A stretch of DNA of 63,932 bases, filler included. It is 21 parts of 21 records of this genome, joined end to end, with 100 filler letters (N's around TTAATTAATTAA, not from the genome) between each part and the next. Parts side by side here need not be neighbours in the genome. Positions count along the whole stretch, not along the records: positions 32,506 to 34,624 come from SRR36015646_12597; positions 34,725 to 38,642 come from SRR36015646_13567; positions 38,743 to 42,211 come from SRR36015646_14123; positions 42,312 to 44,835 come from SRR36015646_14161; 17 more parts are not named here. One strand, 5' to 3'. The notes under the pieces were generated by a model. The model saw only the letters and a list, made by a program, of their open reading frames with translations, did no database searches and had not been told where the DNA came from. Each line of letters starts with the position of its first letter. The stretch's first letter is position 1. The translations under genes were made by a program, and so were the position numbers. This document shows, piece by piece, positions 32,406 to 42,605 of this stretch.

Positions 32406-32920
32406 NNNNNNNNNNNNNNNNNNNNNNNNNNNNNNNNNNNNNNNNNNNNTTAATTAATTAANNNNNNNNNNNNNNNNNNNNNNNNNNNNNNNNNNNNNNN
32501 NNNNNCCAGGTCTACTGAACGATTTTGTGCCCCCTGCCCGTGAGTTTAGATTTTTATTTCTCTGCTTTTTTCGCTTCTCTAAAAATAGAGGGAACCAGTA
32601 AGTGACTACTGGTTGCCTCTATTTCCGCGGAGGAGAGTGCTGGAAGAAGAGAGGAAAAGAAAATTATTATTTAGTTATTCTATTCATTTATTATTGTGTT
32701 ATTACTAGATCCTTATAATCTTTTATTTTATTTATTTTTATTTTATTAATAATTTTTTTTCTTTTTTATTTGGTATATATATATTTTTTTGTCAATATAT
32801 AGTCATATATATTCTTCTTTTGTATACACCTTTTTGTTTGTTTTAGTATTCCCTTATTACCGTCATTTATTGTTACTTAACTCATACGTTACTTAAGACT
32901 CGTTCCCCTTTACCGGGAAG

Positions 32921-34624
32921 TTACATTTGGAGTGCTTTCCCTAGCATTCCGAAACGAGTGGGAGAGTACGTTTCATCGATTTCAAATGGGGCGGATTCCA
33001 GACAATTTATGTGCGCACGGGGTGGGCTAAGGTATATCATTTTTCCCCGGTGGGACAAAAGGAGATACGTTTCCGTCTGTAGAGAATCTATGATTCGCTG
33101 CAGGACGCGGCAAGGATACGGTCCGATAATTTTTAAAGAGGGTAGAGTGACCTCCTCCTTGCCGCCGCAAACCCTTATCTTCCACTGTAGTCTGACATAC
33201 CCGCGGACGCTGCAGGTCATTCGGTTTAGACGTATGGACTCAACCACGTTGTTAGCCTGTAGCCCCGAACTAGCCCGAATCCTCAAAATTGAGGGGCAAT
33301 CCTTCGTGAGCGTGAGGGGTATGAGTAAGGATTCGTGTGGTGACCTGACTTCCAGATACAATCGATCTAGGATGAAACATTTTCTATACATTTTCCAAAG
33401 GATGTAGAGTATGGTTGCAAGCGTCATTACGAGCAGTAGAGGCGAGACGGCAGTGGAAACTACCTCGACATGGTTTAGCGGCAGGTCATGGTCGTGTGTG
33501 CGGTCGTTGGTGAGATTGGTGGTTGCCAGTGTAGGCAACAGCCAGTTTAAGTCAAGGGGCCTTTCGCGCCTTGAATCCGCGCCTCGAGCGATCATTGCAA
33601 ATCCTGCGACTTTTCGTCCTATGGTCGACTGTCGGGCCACCCAGAAATATAGAATTATCGAGGTTATCCAACCCGCCAGATTGACATATGGTAGCGTGTT
33701 CATTACGCTAGTGGTCCACCAGGACGAGGTATCAGGCGTAGGGACGGGCAAAAGGAGGGTGTCTCGCGCCTTCTTCAGTCTTTGCGTGACCGCCGCTAAT
33801 TGAAGGTGGGCATTGCGCTGTTCCAAATTTAGTTTGGAGAAGTTCAGTTTTGGTAGCTCAATCGGGGTGTGGAGTATACTGGAAATGTCAAAGTCTACTG
33901 CGAGCATTTGCTGTTGTTGGAGGACTTGCGTTAATATCACAGGAACTACGGGGGCTGTTTCCGATGCGCCTGAGGAACACTCTAAAATTCTCAGCTGCGG
34001 TAGCTTTCGCTCGATCTTGTCCTGGTGCAGTGAGGCATAGTCACAATTACAGCGTATTATGAGGACGCAGGCGAACTCGCATTCTAGTATTGAGCGCGCG
34101 TCTACGCAGTCGGATTGCAATTTGACGATAGATGGATCCTGTATTAGGACCATGGAGGGGGCGAGTGGTTTGATGACCATTTCTTGTATGGTGGGCGTAA
34201 TGCGGGGGAAACAAAATTTAGCCACCCGGGTTATGTTACTGGCTAGTAACGCTTGTATGCAATCGTCGACGGCTTGATCGTAATTCGGATTATCTTGACA
34301 AAGGAGGTAGAGCTCATGTTGTTCACAAGAGTAATCTGTAGGCGTGGCGGGGTAGAATTTTGCCCCTATTCGTCCGTGGACATAGTCCGGGAGAGTGAGT
34401 GTGTAGCTTACCTCTTTCTCATTTTGAGGTAGCAGATAATTCACTAGGTCCACTCTATACAACGTATGGTGTCCCCCCTTCAACACCGCATGGGTCTCTA
34501 TATTGATAAGAATTTGGTCATGGTCTAATTGATAATTCCTCACAATGCTGTGGGCCATCTCATTTTCGTTGGCCGGAATTAATTGGCGGGGGGAGGTTAT
34601 TGAGGCCAATAAAGCTTTGGCTTC
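32921..34624 (-). CDS. Env-like membrane glycoprotein ORF, probably from an LTR retroelement (5'-truncated)
   Basis: Cys-rich ectodomain (SCEQHELYLLC, DDCIQALL..KFC, CEFACVLIIRCNC), heptad-like LQLAAVTQRL, TM LPYVNLAGWITSIILYFWV and a second hydrophobic segment LLLVMTLATILYILW. Family inferred from architecture only. Confidence 0.6.
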   Translation of the reverse strand, partial: EAKALLASITSPRQLIPANENEMAHSIVRNYQLDHDQILINIETHAVLKGGHHTLYRVDLVNYLLPQNEKEVSYTLTLPDYVHGRIGAKFYPATPTDYSCEQHELYLLCQDNPNYDQAVDDCIQALLASNITRVAKFCFPRITPTIQEMVIKPLAPSMVLIQDPSIVKLQSDCVDARSILECEFACVLIIRCNCDYASLHQDKIERKLPQLRILECSSGASETAPVVPVILTQVLQQQQMLAVDFDISSILHTPIELPKLNFSKLNLEQRNAHLQLAAVTQRLKKARDTLLLPVPTPDTSSWWTTSVMNTLPYVNLAGWITSIILYFWVARQSTIGRKVAGFAMIARGADSRRERPLDLNWLLPTLATTNLTNDRTHDHDLPLNHVEVVSTAVSPLLLVMTLATILYILWKMYRKCFILDRLYLEVRSPHESLLIPLTLTKDCPSILRIRASSGLQANNVVESIRLNRMTCSVRGYVRLQWKIRVCGGKEEVTLPSLKIIGPYPCRVLQRIIDSLQTETYLLLSHRGKMIYLSPPRAHINCLESAPFEIDETYSPTRFGMLGKALQM

Positions 34625-34927
34625 NNNNNNNNNNNNNNNNNNNNNNNNNNNNNNNNNNNNNNNNNNNNTTAATTAATTAANNNNNNNNNNNNNNNNNNNN
34701 NNNNNNNNNNNNNNNNNNNNNNNNTTTTATTGTGCTCCTGTTATTTTCCTGTTTTTCCTGTTTATTTCCGTGTATTTTCGTGTGTTGCTGTACAAAGGTT
34801 TGTTTATCGTATGTAGGAACCTCTAGGGGTCACCAAAATGTGAGTATTGGGGTTTGGAAAGGGAAGGGGTGTCCATACTAAGCGAGTTGGCTCGCTGTAG
34901 TACGGTCACTACCCAAGTACACGGAAG

Positions 34928-37582
34928 ATGGCAGAAGGTGGGGAGAACATAGATGCAGTCTGTGTGTCTGGAAATTTTGATCTACGGAATAAAGAGCAAA
35001 TTATAGATCCTACACGATCCTTAAATCCTGACGAGCAAGATAGGCGCAGACGGCCTGTTCCCGTCCAAAGAATTTCTATTCGAAGTAAGTTGGAAACTAT
35101 AAAGTTGGCAAAATCAAAATCAAATAATGAAAATAATGAAAATGATTGTACAGAGAATATTCCCATTAGACCTTTAAACGTGCATGATGAATATGCAAAT
35201 CTGGACGCCCTGCCTGGTAGACGTATGCAAGATTATATGCAAAGTAATACCGCTGTAGAGCCAAAACATGTCAGTGATAAACAAATCAGAAATAATCCGA
35301 GTACCGGCAGTGAATACGCCGTGAATGCAAATTACAATGATGCTGGACAGAATAGCAGTGTAGTACATGTAGGCCTACAACAGACAAAAGTTACAATTGA
35401 AGCCAGTAGTGATAATTCACTGCAGATAAAAAACGTTGACAGCCAGACAACCGACACAAATAGGAACAGAGGGGACATGCAAAAGGATTCTGCTATTACA
35501 CCCGATAGTAGGCCTAGCGGAGATTTTTCAAATCAGGAAGGCAACAAAACTCAGCCTAGGAATGATAGGACGTATGCTTCCACCGTGCGGAAAGCAGATA
35601 GTTTCTACCAACACTCGGGTAGGAATAAGGGGGTCTATATAAATCTGGGTAACGAACACGAAAAAACAATTCCCCTAGGAGTTTTTATAAGTGCTGTTAC
35701 TGACATTGTAGGAGCTGAAACAATTACACATATGGCAAAACGCGCAGGAAAAATTTTCATATTTTTCTCCGGTATAGAACCCGTCGATTTAATAACAGCA
35801 ACTGGAATCAGTGTAAATGGGATCTACAAAGAGGTGCACAGAGCTCAAACAGTTTATTCTAGTCTAATAGTTTCTGATATTTTCCCAGACATGCCAAATT
35901 CTGCTCTGGAAGATGCTCTACACCAAATTGGCATGAGAGTGCACAAAATTTTGCCTGTACCATGCGGGTTTAAAGATCCAAGACTCAGACATATAATGTC
36001 TTTTCGAAGAGAGGTGAAGTTTTCAGCCAATGGGAGAGCAGCATTTGAAACAATACCAAGAGAAATAATACTGCAATATGGAGAAGGACTGTCACACAAA
36101 GTTTATCTCTCGGAACCTGGAAACCCACTATGTTTTTATTGTAATCGTTATGGACACATACAGGTGAAATGTCCAGAGAAGGAGAAACGATTTCAAAGAC
36201 CATATCAACCTCAAACACATCGGTATACAAATGACAATGAATTTTTCCAGCAGAACACAAAACGCAGTCAGGATGAGCAACCCAAGGATCAGAATCAAAA
36301 TAGAGAGCAAATGGGGGAAGCGGACAATAAGGGGAGGAAAGCAGTGGCAGACATCAGAACGCTAAGGGCGGAGGTTCACAGCGCACCTAAAGAACAAGAA
36401 CACACGATTGCTAAACTTCCGGAACATGGAGAAAACGGTTCCAGTGGAAGCGCGGAAAACACAAATAATCTCGGCCAACGAGAACAAACGGCAGGGGGTA
36501 GCACAACGAAGGAAAACATAGAAAATTCAAATGACGGGGCAGAAAATATCAAAGATATGTTAAATAACATTGCAAATAACACCTTTGCTACTGTAGAGCC
36601 AGAGTTTAGAGCAAGCAGCCAGCATGAGCTGAAAACTCAGGCAAGTGTGGTTACAGATGATGTAAATGAGTTCCAAACTAAGCTCTATGGGAAAAGGAAG
36701 AAAGGCGGAAATATCAGTCAAAGCAAATCTCTTAACCAAAGTAGAGAAATTGACGCTGCTGAGACATGTACTCCAATAGCAAACAATCGTTATGACATAC
36801 TGAACCACATAACAGATTCATCGGAATCAGAGAACAGCCGTAGTGAAAAGGAGAGCAAGAGATCTCGGTTTCTAAAGCAATTAAAAAAAATCAGAAAGAC
36901 AATTGCTACTAGCCAATCAAGCGAAGACACAGAACGCTCAATGGATCAGTCAAACGCATCAATACCCGAGGCCAACGAAAGCCACAAGGAGGACATTAAC
37001 GACACCTTACCTACTTTAGACAAGCAAATAAGCCAGACTGAGGAAAGTCAAGAAGTATTCCCTACACAAGTAGCCACACTTACTGAAACTCCTAGAAGTA
37101 GTAAAAGTAACAATACAGCAACCAAAGGGGCAATTATAAAACGTCCAACATTCCTATTCAAGGACAATGACAAATCTCATGCAGAAATTGACCAAAACTG
37201 CAGTTTTTCAAGCATCAGCGAGTCAATTGTAGAGAATGAGAACGGAGTTGCAGATGACTGTGATGATTTCTCACAAACGTTCTACCTTGAAAATAATGAC
37301 GCAGAATGTCCTCTGTCGAACGACCAACTACGGCATATTCTCAAAGAAACGAAGTACAAACGAAACGAAGAGTGTATCCGTATTGTTAATCAAGTCTCCA
37401 CAGATATCCCCAGCGTTATAGATCAACTAAAACGTATTGAAAATATTGGCGAGCTAAAACAACTAGCTACAGAATTAAATTCGCCTAAATACAATGCAAT
37501 ACATAGGATACGAAAGCAGGTAAATAGCTTAGCCAAAAGACTGAAACAAGGTTTTGGGTCTGGGAACGAAGCTATCACCTAA
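34928..37582 (+). CDS. L1/Tx1-like LINE ORF1 (884 aa; RRM-like core, one CCHC)
   Basis: LIVSDIFPDMPNSALEDAL, LRHIMSFRREV, CFYCNRYGHIQVKC; long disordered flanks. Confidence 0.85.
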   Translation: MAEGGENIDAVCVSGNFDLRNKEQIIDPTRSLNPDEQDRRRRPVPVQRISIRSKLETIKLAKSKSNNENNENDCTENIPIRPLNVHDEYANLDALPGRRMQDYMQSNTAVEPKHVSDKQIRNNPSTGSEYAVNANYNDAGQNSSVVHVGLQQTKVTIEASSDNSLQIKNVDSQTTDTNRNRGDMQKDSAITPDSRPSGDFSNQEGNKTQPRNDRTYASTVRKADSFYQHSGRNKGVYINLGNEHEKTIPLGVFISAVTDIVGAETITHMAKRAGKIFIFFSGIEPVDLITATGISVNGIYKEVHRAQTVYSSLIVSDIFPDMPNSALEDALHQIGMRVHKILPVPCGFKDPRLRHIMSFRREVKFSANGRAAFETIPREIILQYGEGLSHKVYLSEPGNPLCFYCNRYGHIQVKCPEKEKRFQRPYQPQTHRYTNDNEFFQQNTKRSQDEQPKDQNQNREQMGEADNKGRKAVADIRTLRAEVHSAPKEQEHTIAKLPEHGENGSSGSAENTNNLGQREQTAGGSTTKENIENSNDGAENIKDMLNNIANNTFATVEPEFRASSQHELKTQASVVTDDVNEFQTKLYGKRKKGGNISQSKSLNQSREIDAAETCTPIANNRYDILNHITDSSESENSRSEKESKRSRFLKQLKKIRKTIATSQSSEDTERSMDQSNASIPEANESHKEDINDTLPTLDKQISQTEESQEVFPTQVATLTETPRSSKSNNTATKGAIIKRPTFLFKDNDKSHAEIDQNCSFSSISESIVENENGVADDCDDFSQTFYLENNDAECPLSNDQLRHILKETKYKRNEECIRIVNQVSTDIPSVIDQLKRIENIGELKQLATELNSPKYNAIHRIRKQVNSLAKRLKQGFGSGNEAIT

Positions 37583-37597
37583 TAAATTTAACCAATC

Positions 37598-38642
37598 ATG
37601 TGGACTGCCATCAGTATTAACATACGTGGGATTGCACAGCAACACAGAGCTCAACAACTTCTAGACTACATTGAAAATTATGCCCCTGATATAGTTTTAA
37701 TTCAAGAAACCAACATAACAAATAATGGTATCGATACAATATTCTGGAATAGTCAAAAGTATACACCATATTTCTTTTCCTTGACCCACAGGTTCTCTGG
37801 AGTTGGGTTTTTACTTCTAAACAACAGTAGTATTACAATTAAATCGTATAGCGAAGTGGTTCAGGGGCATCTCCTACATATTGAAATAGAAAACGGAAAC
37901 CAGGTGTACAACATCTATAATGTCCTTATCCCACAAATCGATACTGATGCTCTACATGTAATTGATTGTTTAAATAACTGTATAGCTACTCAAAACAACA
38001 CGAACACAATACTATGTGGTGACTGGAACGTCACACTAAATCCGTCTATGGACAGATCCAATACCATACGGGAAAGGAGAAGTGTTTTGAAAACATCCCT
38101 AGCGGAGTTAGTTACAACGTACAGATTAACAGACATATGGAGAGTTATAAATCCCAGAAAAAAAGAATATACATGGGAGGGTAATCGCCATAACCAGCGC
38201 GTACTTGCGAGGTTAGACAGATTTTATGTGTCAAGACCGATAAGACAGAATGTTACGTCCAGCAGTATTGAGGAATGTGTTATGTCTGACCACAAATTTG
38301 TAAAAATTAAAATTAACGATCCCAACCAAAAAGGTTGTTCACACTACTGGAAATTTAATAATACCCTATTGAATGATAATGTTTACTGCAACATTATAGA
38401 AGAATTTATAGACTTATGGGGTACCAAAATACAAGAGTACAACGGAGATATGAATAATTGGTGGGATGCCCTAAAATCTCACATTAAATGTATTTCTATC
38501 AAATATGGGATAGATAAAGCAAAAGAGGGAAGAAGCCAAATCACAGAATTACAGGAACAAATCAATAATCTGACGAGAAATGGTGATAATCGGCTTGGGA
38601 ACGTAGAATTGGATGAAAAACGGAGTATGCTTAATAATATTC
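37598..38642 (+). CDS. LINE ORF2 APE endonuclease (3'-truncated)
   Basis: SINIRGI, LIQETN, CGDWN, ARLDRFY, SDHK, YWKFNNTLL. Confidence 0.93.
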
Positions 38643-38742
38643 NNNNNNNNNNNNNNNNNNNNNNNNNNNNNNNNNNNNNNNNNNNNTTAATTAATTAANN
38701 NNNNNNNNNNNNNNNNNNNNNNNNNNNNNNNNNNNNNNNNNN

Positions 38743-40089
38743 GTAGGCATCAGATTTCCACCTGCCCATTTCTTTGATATGCTCAACTGGGACTCCTTTG
38801 GAAGCTAGGTATGTGGCGCCGCCGATGCGGAAAGAATGTGATTTAATTCTGCTGGTGTTACCGTGACAAAATTGTGTCACATTTCTCAAAACTTTGTTGA
38901 AAGTTGTTCTGGTTATCGCGTTGGCGTGGTTGTCTAGGAACAGCGGGCCTGGTTTTGAGCCTCTTTGCAGCAGGTACTTACGCAGCGTTTTTACTGTGCA
39001 ATAATTTTCAAGTTTTTCGCATTCCAGATGTAGTGTTACTGGTTGGTGAGCGGTGTAATGCTTGAATTTGCGAAAATTTATAAGGATGCCGCTGAATGCC
39101 CCTCTTTTATTGTAGGTAAAGGTTATGTCACTTAACTGGATTATCTGTTCTGCCCGCTCCTTAGACACAAAGCAAATTTCACCAAGCCGTAACAGTGCCT
39201 TGAATGCTAAAAGGAACATTGCTGAGTACAAATATTTCTCGTAGGATGTTGCTAGGATAGAATTTACAGTGTCTACGAAACGTATGAGCATACTCCGAGA
39301 AATGGGCATGCGCGTATCTGAGGACTGTCTTGTCTTACGTATACCACATAAGATACGTTTATTTATTTTGGCACTTAGTGGGTCTTGTTCATGCGCTAAA
39401 GTGTGTACCGCACTTATGGCACCCATGTATGTTTTTATCGTCGCTGGCGATAGGCCCCTCTCATACAAATACCCGATAAAAGCTGACAGCACAAAACATG
39501 GGATTGGAATAATTGCAGTTTTTAACCCCAGAGTTGTCGAGAACATTTTGTACAGCCGCCATGCTTGCTTATAAGTTTGGCGAGATGAGTTTTCCAAAGA
39601 TTTCCGGATTAACTTCTGTGCTGTGGCAAGATAACCTCTGGCATTATGTATAGAGGGATTGTTTGTGGCACTTTGTCTGCCCACGGAGCCAATCTTCGGA
39701 ATTGATTGACCTGTAAACGAGAAATTAGGTCTGGTAATACATTTTTTTGGCCAGCAATCCAGGTGGACCGGAACAAAATATTCTTTTTTAAACAGTGTAG
39801 TACAAAAAGCCGCATAATTTTCATGGTAGCCTTTTCTTTTGATGTTTGATTGTTTATGACTGACACTAGAGCCTGATTGTCGGTGTGTAAAACTATACAT
39901 CTGTTGGACAAAAATCTTTGCCATAATACCACAGCACAGAAAATTGGATAGAATTCTAAAGCCATTATGTTTAGCGTTTTCCACCACTCGGGCCATTCTC
40001 CCCCAAACCACTCGCTTCCCATAATGCCCCCATATCCCAGGGAGCCAGCAGCGTCCGTGAACAGGTGTAAAGAAGGAGTGGATTGCCAA
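38743..40089 (-). CDS. Tyrosine recombinase of a second Ngaro-type element (conserved part starts near 39620; last residues truncated)
   Basis: LLRLGE, HSFRIGGATYLASKGVP, GRWKSDAY; clearly homologous to the recombinase at 21877-22857. Confidence 0.93.
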
Positions 40090-41423
40090 ACTAGATCGAG
40101 GAAGAGTGACTTGCCGTTATAGTCTTCCAGAAAATTTAACCACATCTTCAGATCTTCTTTTATTTCATTTGTTATTCTGATACGATAGCAGGGTTTAGAG
40201 ATTCCTATCATAGCATTGTACATACGCCGCAGAAACGTACGGCCAGGTAATACCACTTTGCAACAAAAATTGAGTAAGCCTACTAGAGATTGCAGCTGTT
40301 TTAAGGTGGTTTTCTTCATAGTTAATAGAGTTTTGATTAGGAGTCTGCACTTCTGCAACTTCTCTATTGGTAAGCTGGCTTCCATCTTTACACTGTTCAA
40401 TTCAATGCCCAGAAAGACCAACGTAGTGTTGGGACCAACGGTTTTTTCAGGGGCGACTGGGATGCCCAGGTTTTCCAATAATTTTAAGAAAGAATGTAAC
40501 TGCTTCTGGCAAATCTCTCCTTGTGGTGGGCCTACTATTAAAAAATCGTCTAAAACGTGGACCATTGACTTGATACCTAGTTTTGTTTTGGCTATCCATT
40601 CCACCGAACTACTTAGACTTTCAAAAGAGCGACAAGCGGTACTGAGGCCCATTGGCATGACCCGATCAAAAAACATTTGGCCACCGCACATAAAACCGAG
40701 TAAATAGTAATCATCTGGGTGGATTGGTAAAAGGCGGAATGCTGATTTGATATCTGTTTTTGCCAGTTTGGCCCCTTTCCCCCTCTTTAAAATTTCTTTA
40801 ATAGCATCATCGATTGTTGCGTAGGATACCCGGCAGTACTTTTCATTAATACCCGAATTTACAGAATTACCGTCATGTGGGTAAGATAGATGGTGAATTC
40901 GCCTGTATTCCCCTGGTGTGTGTTTTGCTACGACCCCTATCGGACTGATTACAAAAGGATCCAATGGTGGTGCATTGAATGGACCAGCTATTCGACCTAG
41001 ACTTATTTCCTGGTTAATTTTATCTATGAGAAAGTTTTTGTGGTCGAGGGCTGATTTTAAGTTATGTGCTCTCATACATGTGTGTGTTCCTACATAATGT
41101 ACGCGAAAGCCAGAGGTTAGGTTTTTGATTAGATCAAATTTCAGTTGTTTGTCGTAACCTGTGAGAAATTCATTGAGTATGTTTACTTTGATTGGTGTTG
41201 GTAACTTGTCTCCCGCTTTTAACGGTGCTGGTCTGCCCAAGCTTGTTACTACCCATGTGTTTTTGGATGAAATGGGTGTTTCTGCCTTCAGGTAAGTACT
41301 GTCCCCCCCTTGGGCCTTTAATATGTGGGAACCGGCAGCCGAGACCATACGAGCAGAAACCCTTTTCTGCGAATTGGTGGCAAGTGCCCCTCCCAGACTT
41401 AATTGTGCTTTGCATGGGGCCAC
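39609..41423 (-). CDS. Ngaro-type RT-RNase H
   Basis: LPTPIKV, ISPIGVV, IHHLSYP, AKTDIKSAFR, MPMGL, HVLDDF, LFTDAAG, HTDNQ. Confidence 0.95.
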   Translation of the reverse strand: MAPCKAQLSLGGALATNSQKRVSARMVSAAGSHILKAQGGDSTYLKAETPISSKNTWVVTSLGRPAPLKAGDKLPTPIKVNILNEFLTGYDKQLKFDLIKNLTSGFRVHYVGTHTCMRAHNLKSALDHKNFLIDKINQEISLGRIAGPFNAPPLDPFVISPIGVVAKHTPGEYRRIHHLSYPHDGNSVNSGINEKYCRVSYATIDDAIKEILKRGKGAKLAKTDIKSAFRLLPIHPDDYYLLGFMCGGQMFFDRVMPMGLSTACRSFESLSSSVEWIAKTKLGIKSMVHVLDDFLIVGPPQGEICQKQLHSFLKLLENLGIPVAPEKTVGPNTTLVFLGIELNSVKMEASLPIEKLQKCRLLIKTLLTMKKTTLKQLQSLVGLLNFCCKVVLPGRTFLRRMYNAMIGISKPCYRIRITNEIKEDLKMWLNFLEDYNGKSLFLDLVWQSTPSLHLFTDAAGSLGYGGIMGSEWFGGEWPEWWKTLNIMALEFYPIFCAVVLWQRFLSNRCIVLHTDNQALVSVINNQTSKEKATMKIMRLFVLHCLKKNILFRSTWIAGQKNVLPDLISRLQVNQFRRLAPWADKVPQTIPLYIMPEVILPQHRS

Positions 41424-42210
41424 GAAAATTTCTCCCCCCCTGGTTGTTCCGAAAATTGACCGTGTTCCGTGTACCGGTAGTAAAATTTCTCGGCCTTGTT
41501 AGCCCTACCTCAGCTTTGCTCAAGGCGAAAGCCCAGACTTCTAAATTTACTCTATCCCAGGGGAAGCCTTCTATGGCTTCTGCTCGTAGCTTGCGGAATT
41601 CTATGTCATACTGGTGCCAAGCGGTTCCTTTAAAACTGTAATGCATTTGTCTGATGCGGCTCATATACTTGATGAGTGCTTGCGCTTCACGTGGGAATTT
41701 TTGCAAGAATAGGGCCAAGTACACATTGAAAGCAGAAGTCCATTGCCCGATTCCCAAAAGTTTACCTCCCTGGTTACATCTAGGGCCTACTGTTAAAATC
41801 TGCTGACCCCCCACAAATTTCAAGATTAACTGTTTCCCCTCCTCGAAATCATCATCTTCCGGCCCTTTATCCTTGGGCAGGAGATCGAACATATCAACAA
41901 ATTCATTGTTAACTACTTTATCCCTAATTTTTTGAGAGACATGAGAGTAAATAGTACCATGACACACTGCTTTAGTTCCTGTAGCTATCCCTGTTAACTC
42001 GACGAGTTCCTCCTGTACTATCCTCTCTCCTCCTAACTCCAGTTCTTTCTGAATGGCTTCCCCGGCGCTTACTTCCATGTCGATGGGCTCGCTGGTTGTA
42101 CCAGCCGAAAACAGGTCCGCGTGGGTCATACCTGCGGGCTGCGGTGTTGTGACAGGTGCCTTCATTGTTTCTACAGTAGCGGTGAGTGAAACAATCGATT
42201 CCTGCAAGGA
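41170..42210 (-). CDS. Ngaro-type gag-like ORF1 with CCCH finger (5'-truncated)
   Basis: EFVDMFDLL, WTSAFNVY, WHQYDIEFR, CHQFAEKGFCSYGLGCRFPH; overlaps pol. Confidence 0.88.
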   Translation of the reverse strand, partial: SLQESIVSLTATVETMKAPVTTPQPAGMTHADLFSAGTTSEPIDMEVSAGEAIQKELELGGERIVQEELVELTGIATGTKAVCHGTIYSHVSQKIRDKVVNNEFVDMFDLLPKDKGPEDDDFEEGKQLILKFVGGQQILTVGPRCNQGGKLLGIGQWTSAFNVYLALFLQKFPREAQALIKYMSRIRQMHYSFKGTAWHQYDIEFRKLRAEAIEGFPWDRVNLEVWAFALSKAEVGLTRPRNFTTGTRNTVNFRNNQGGRNFRGPMQSTIKSGRGTCHQFAEKGFCSYGLGCRFPHIKGPRGGQYLPEGRNTHFIQKHMGSNKLGQTSTVKSGRQVTNTNQSKHTQ

Positions 42211-42605
42211 ANNNNNNNNNNNNNNNNNNNNNNNNNNNNNNNNNNNNNNNNNNNNTTAATTAATTAANNNNNNNNNNNNNNNNNNNNNNNNNNNNNNNNN
42301 NNNNNNNNNNNAAAATGTGACTAATGTGTAAGACAAAAATAGCGAAAAATGCCAATAGCTATAAAATCAATCATTTATTAGATTAGTTTCATTATTTGTC
42401 ATTAATGCATAATTATGCAATTGCAAATACAGGCATCCACCGTCATTGTCACATCTCGGTATACATACATGTAGTTTCCATATGTAGTTGTTATACATGT
42501 ATATTACGATTGTAGGTATTTTAGATATACCACCAAATGTAGGTGTGTAGGCTACAAATGCACAAAAAATGCAGGAAAAAGTCAAATGGACAGAATTCAC
42601 TTTAT

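Noticed and set aside
39690-40089. Long N-terminal extension of the recombinase ORF overlapping RNase H as a separate protein domain
   Set aside because: The homologous element at 21275-22857 shows no matching called ORF, and long overlapping open frames are common in DIRS-type elements.
41425-41431. A_AAU_UUU as a -1 frameshift site for Ngaro pol
   Set aside because: The -1 frame hits UAA eight codons later; pol is in the +1 frame.
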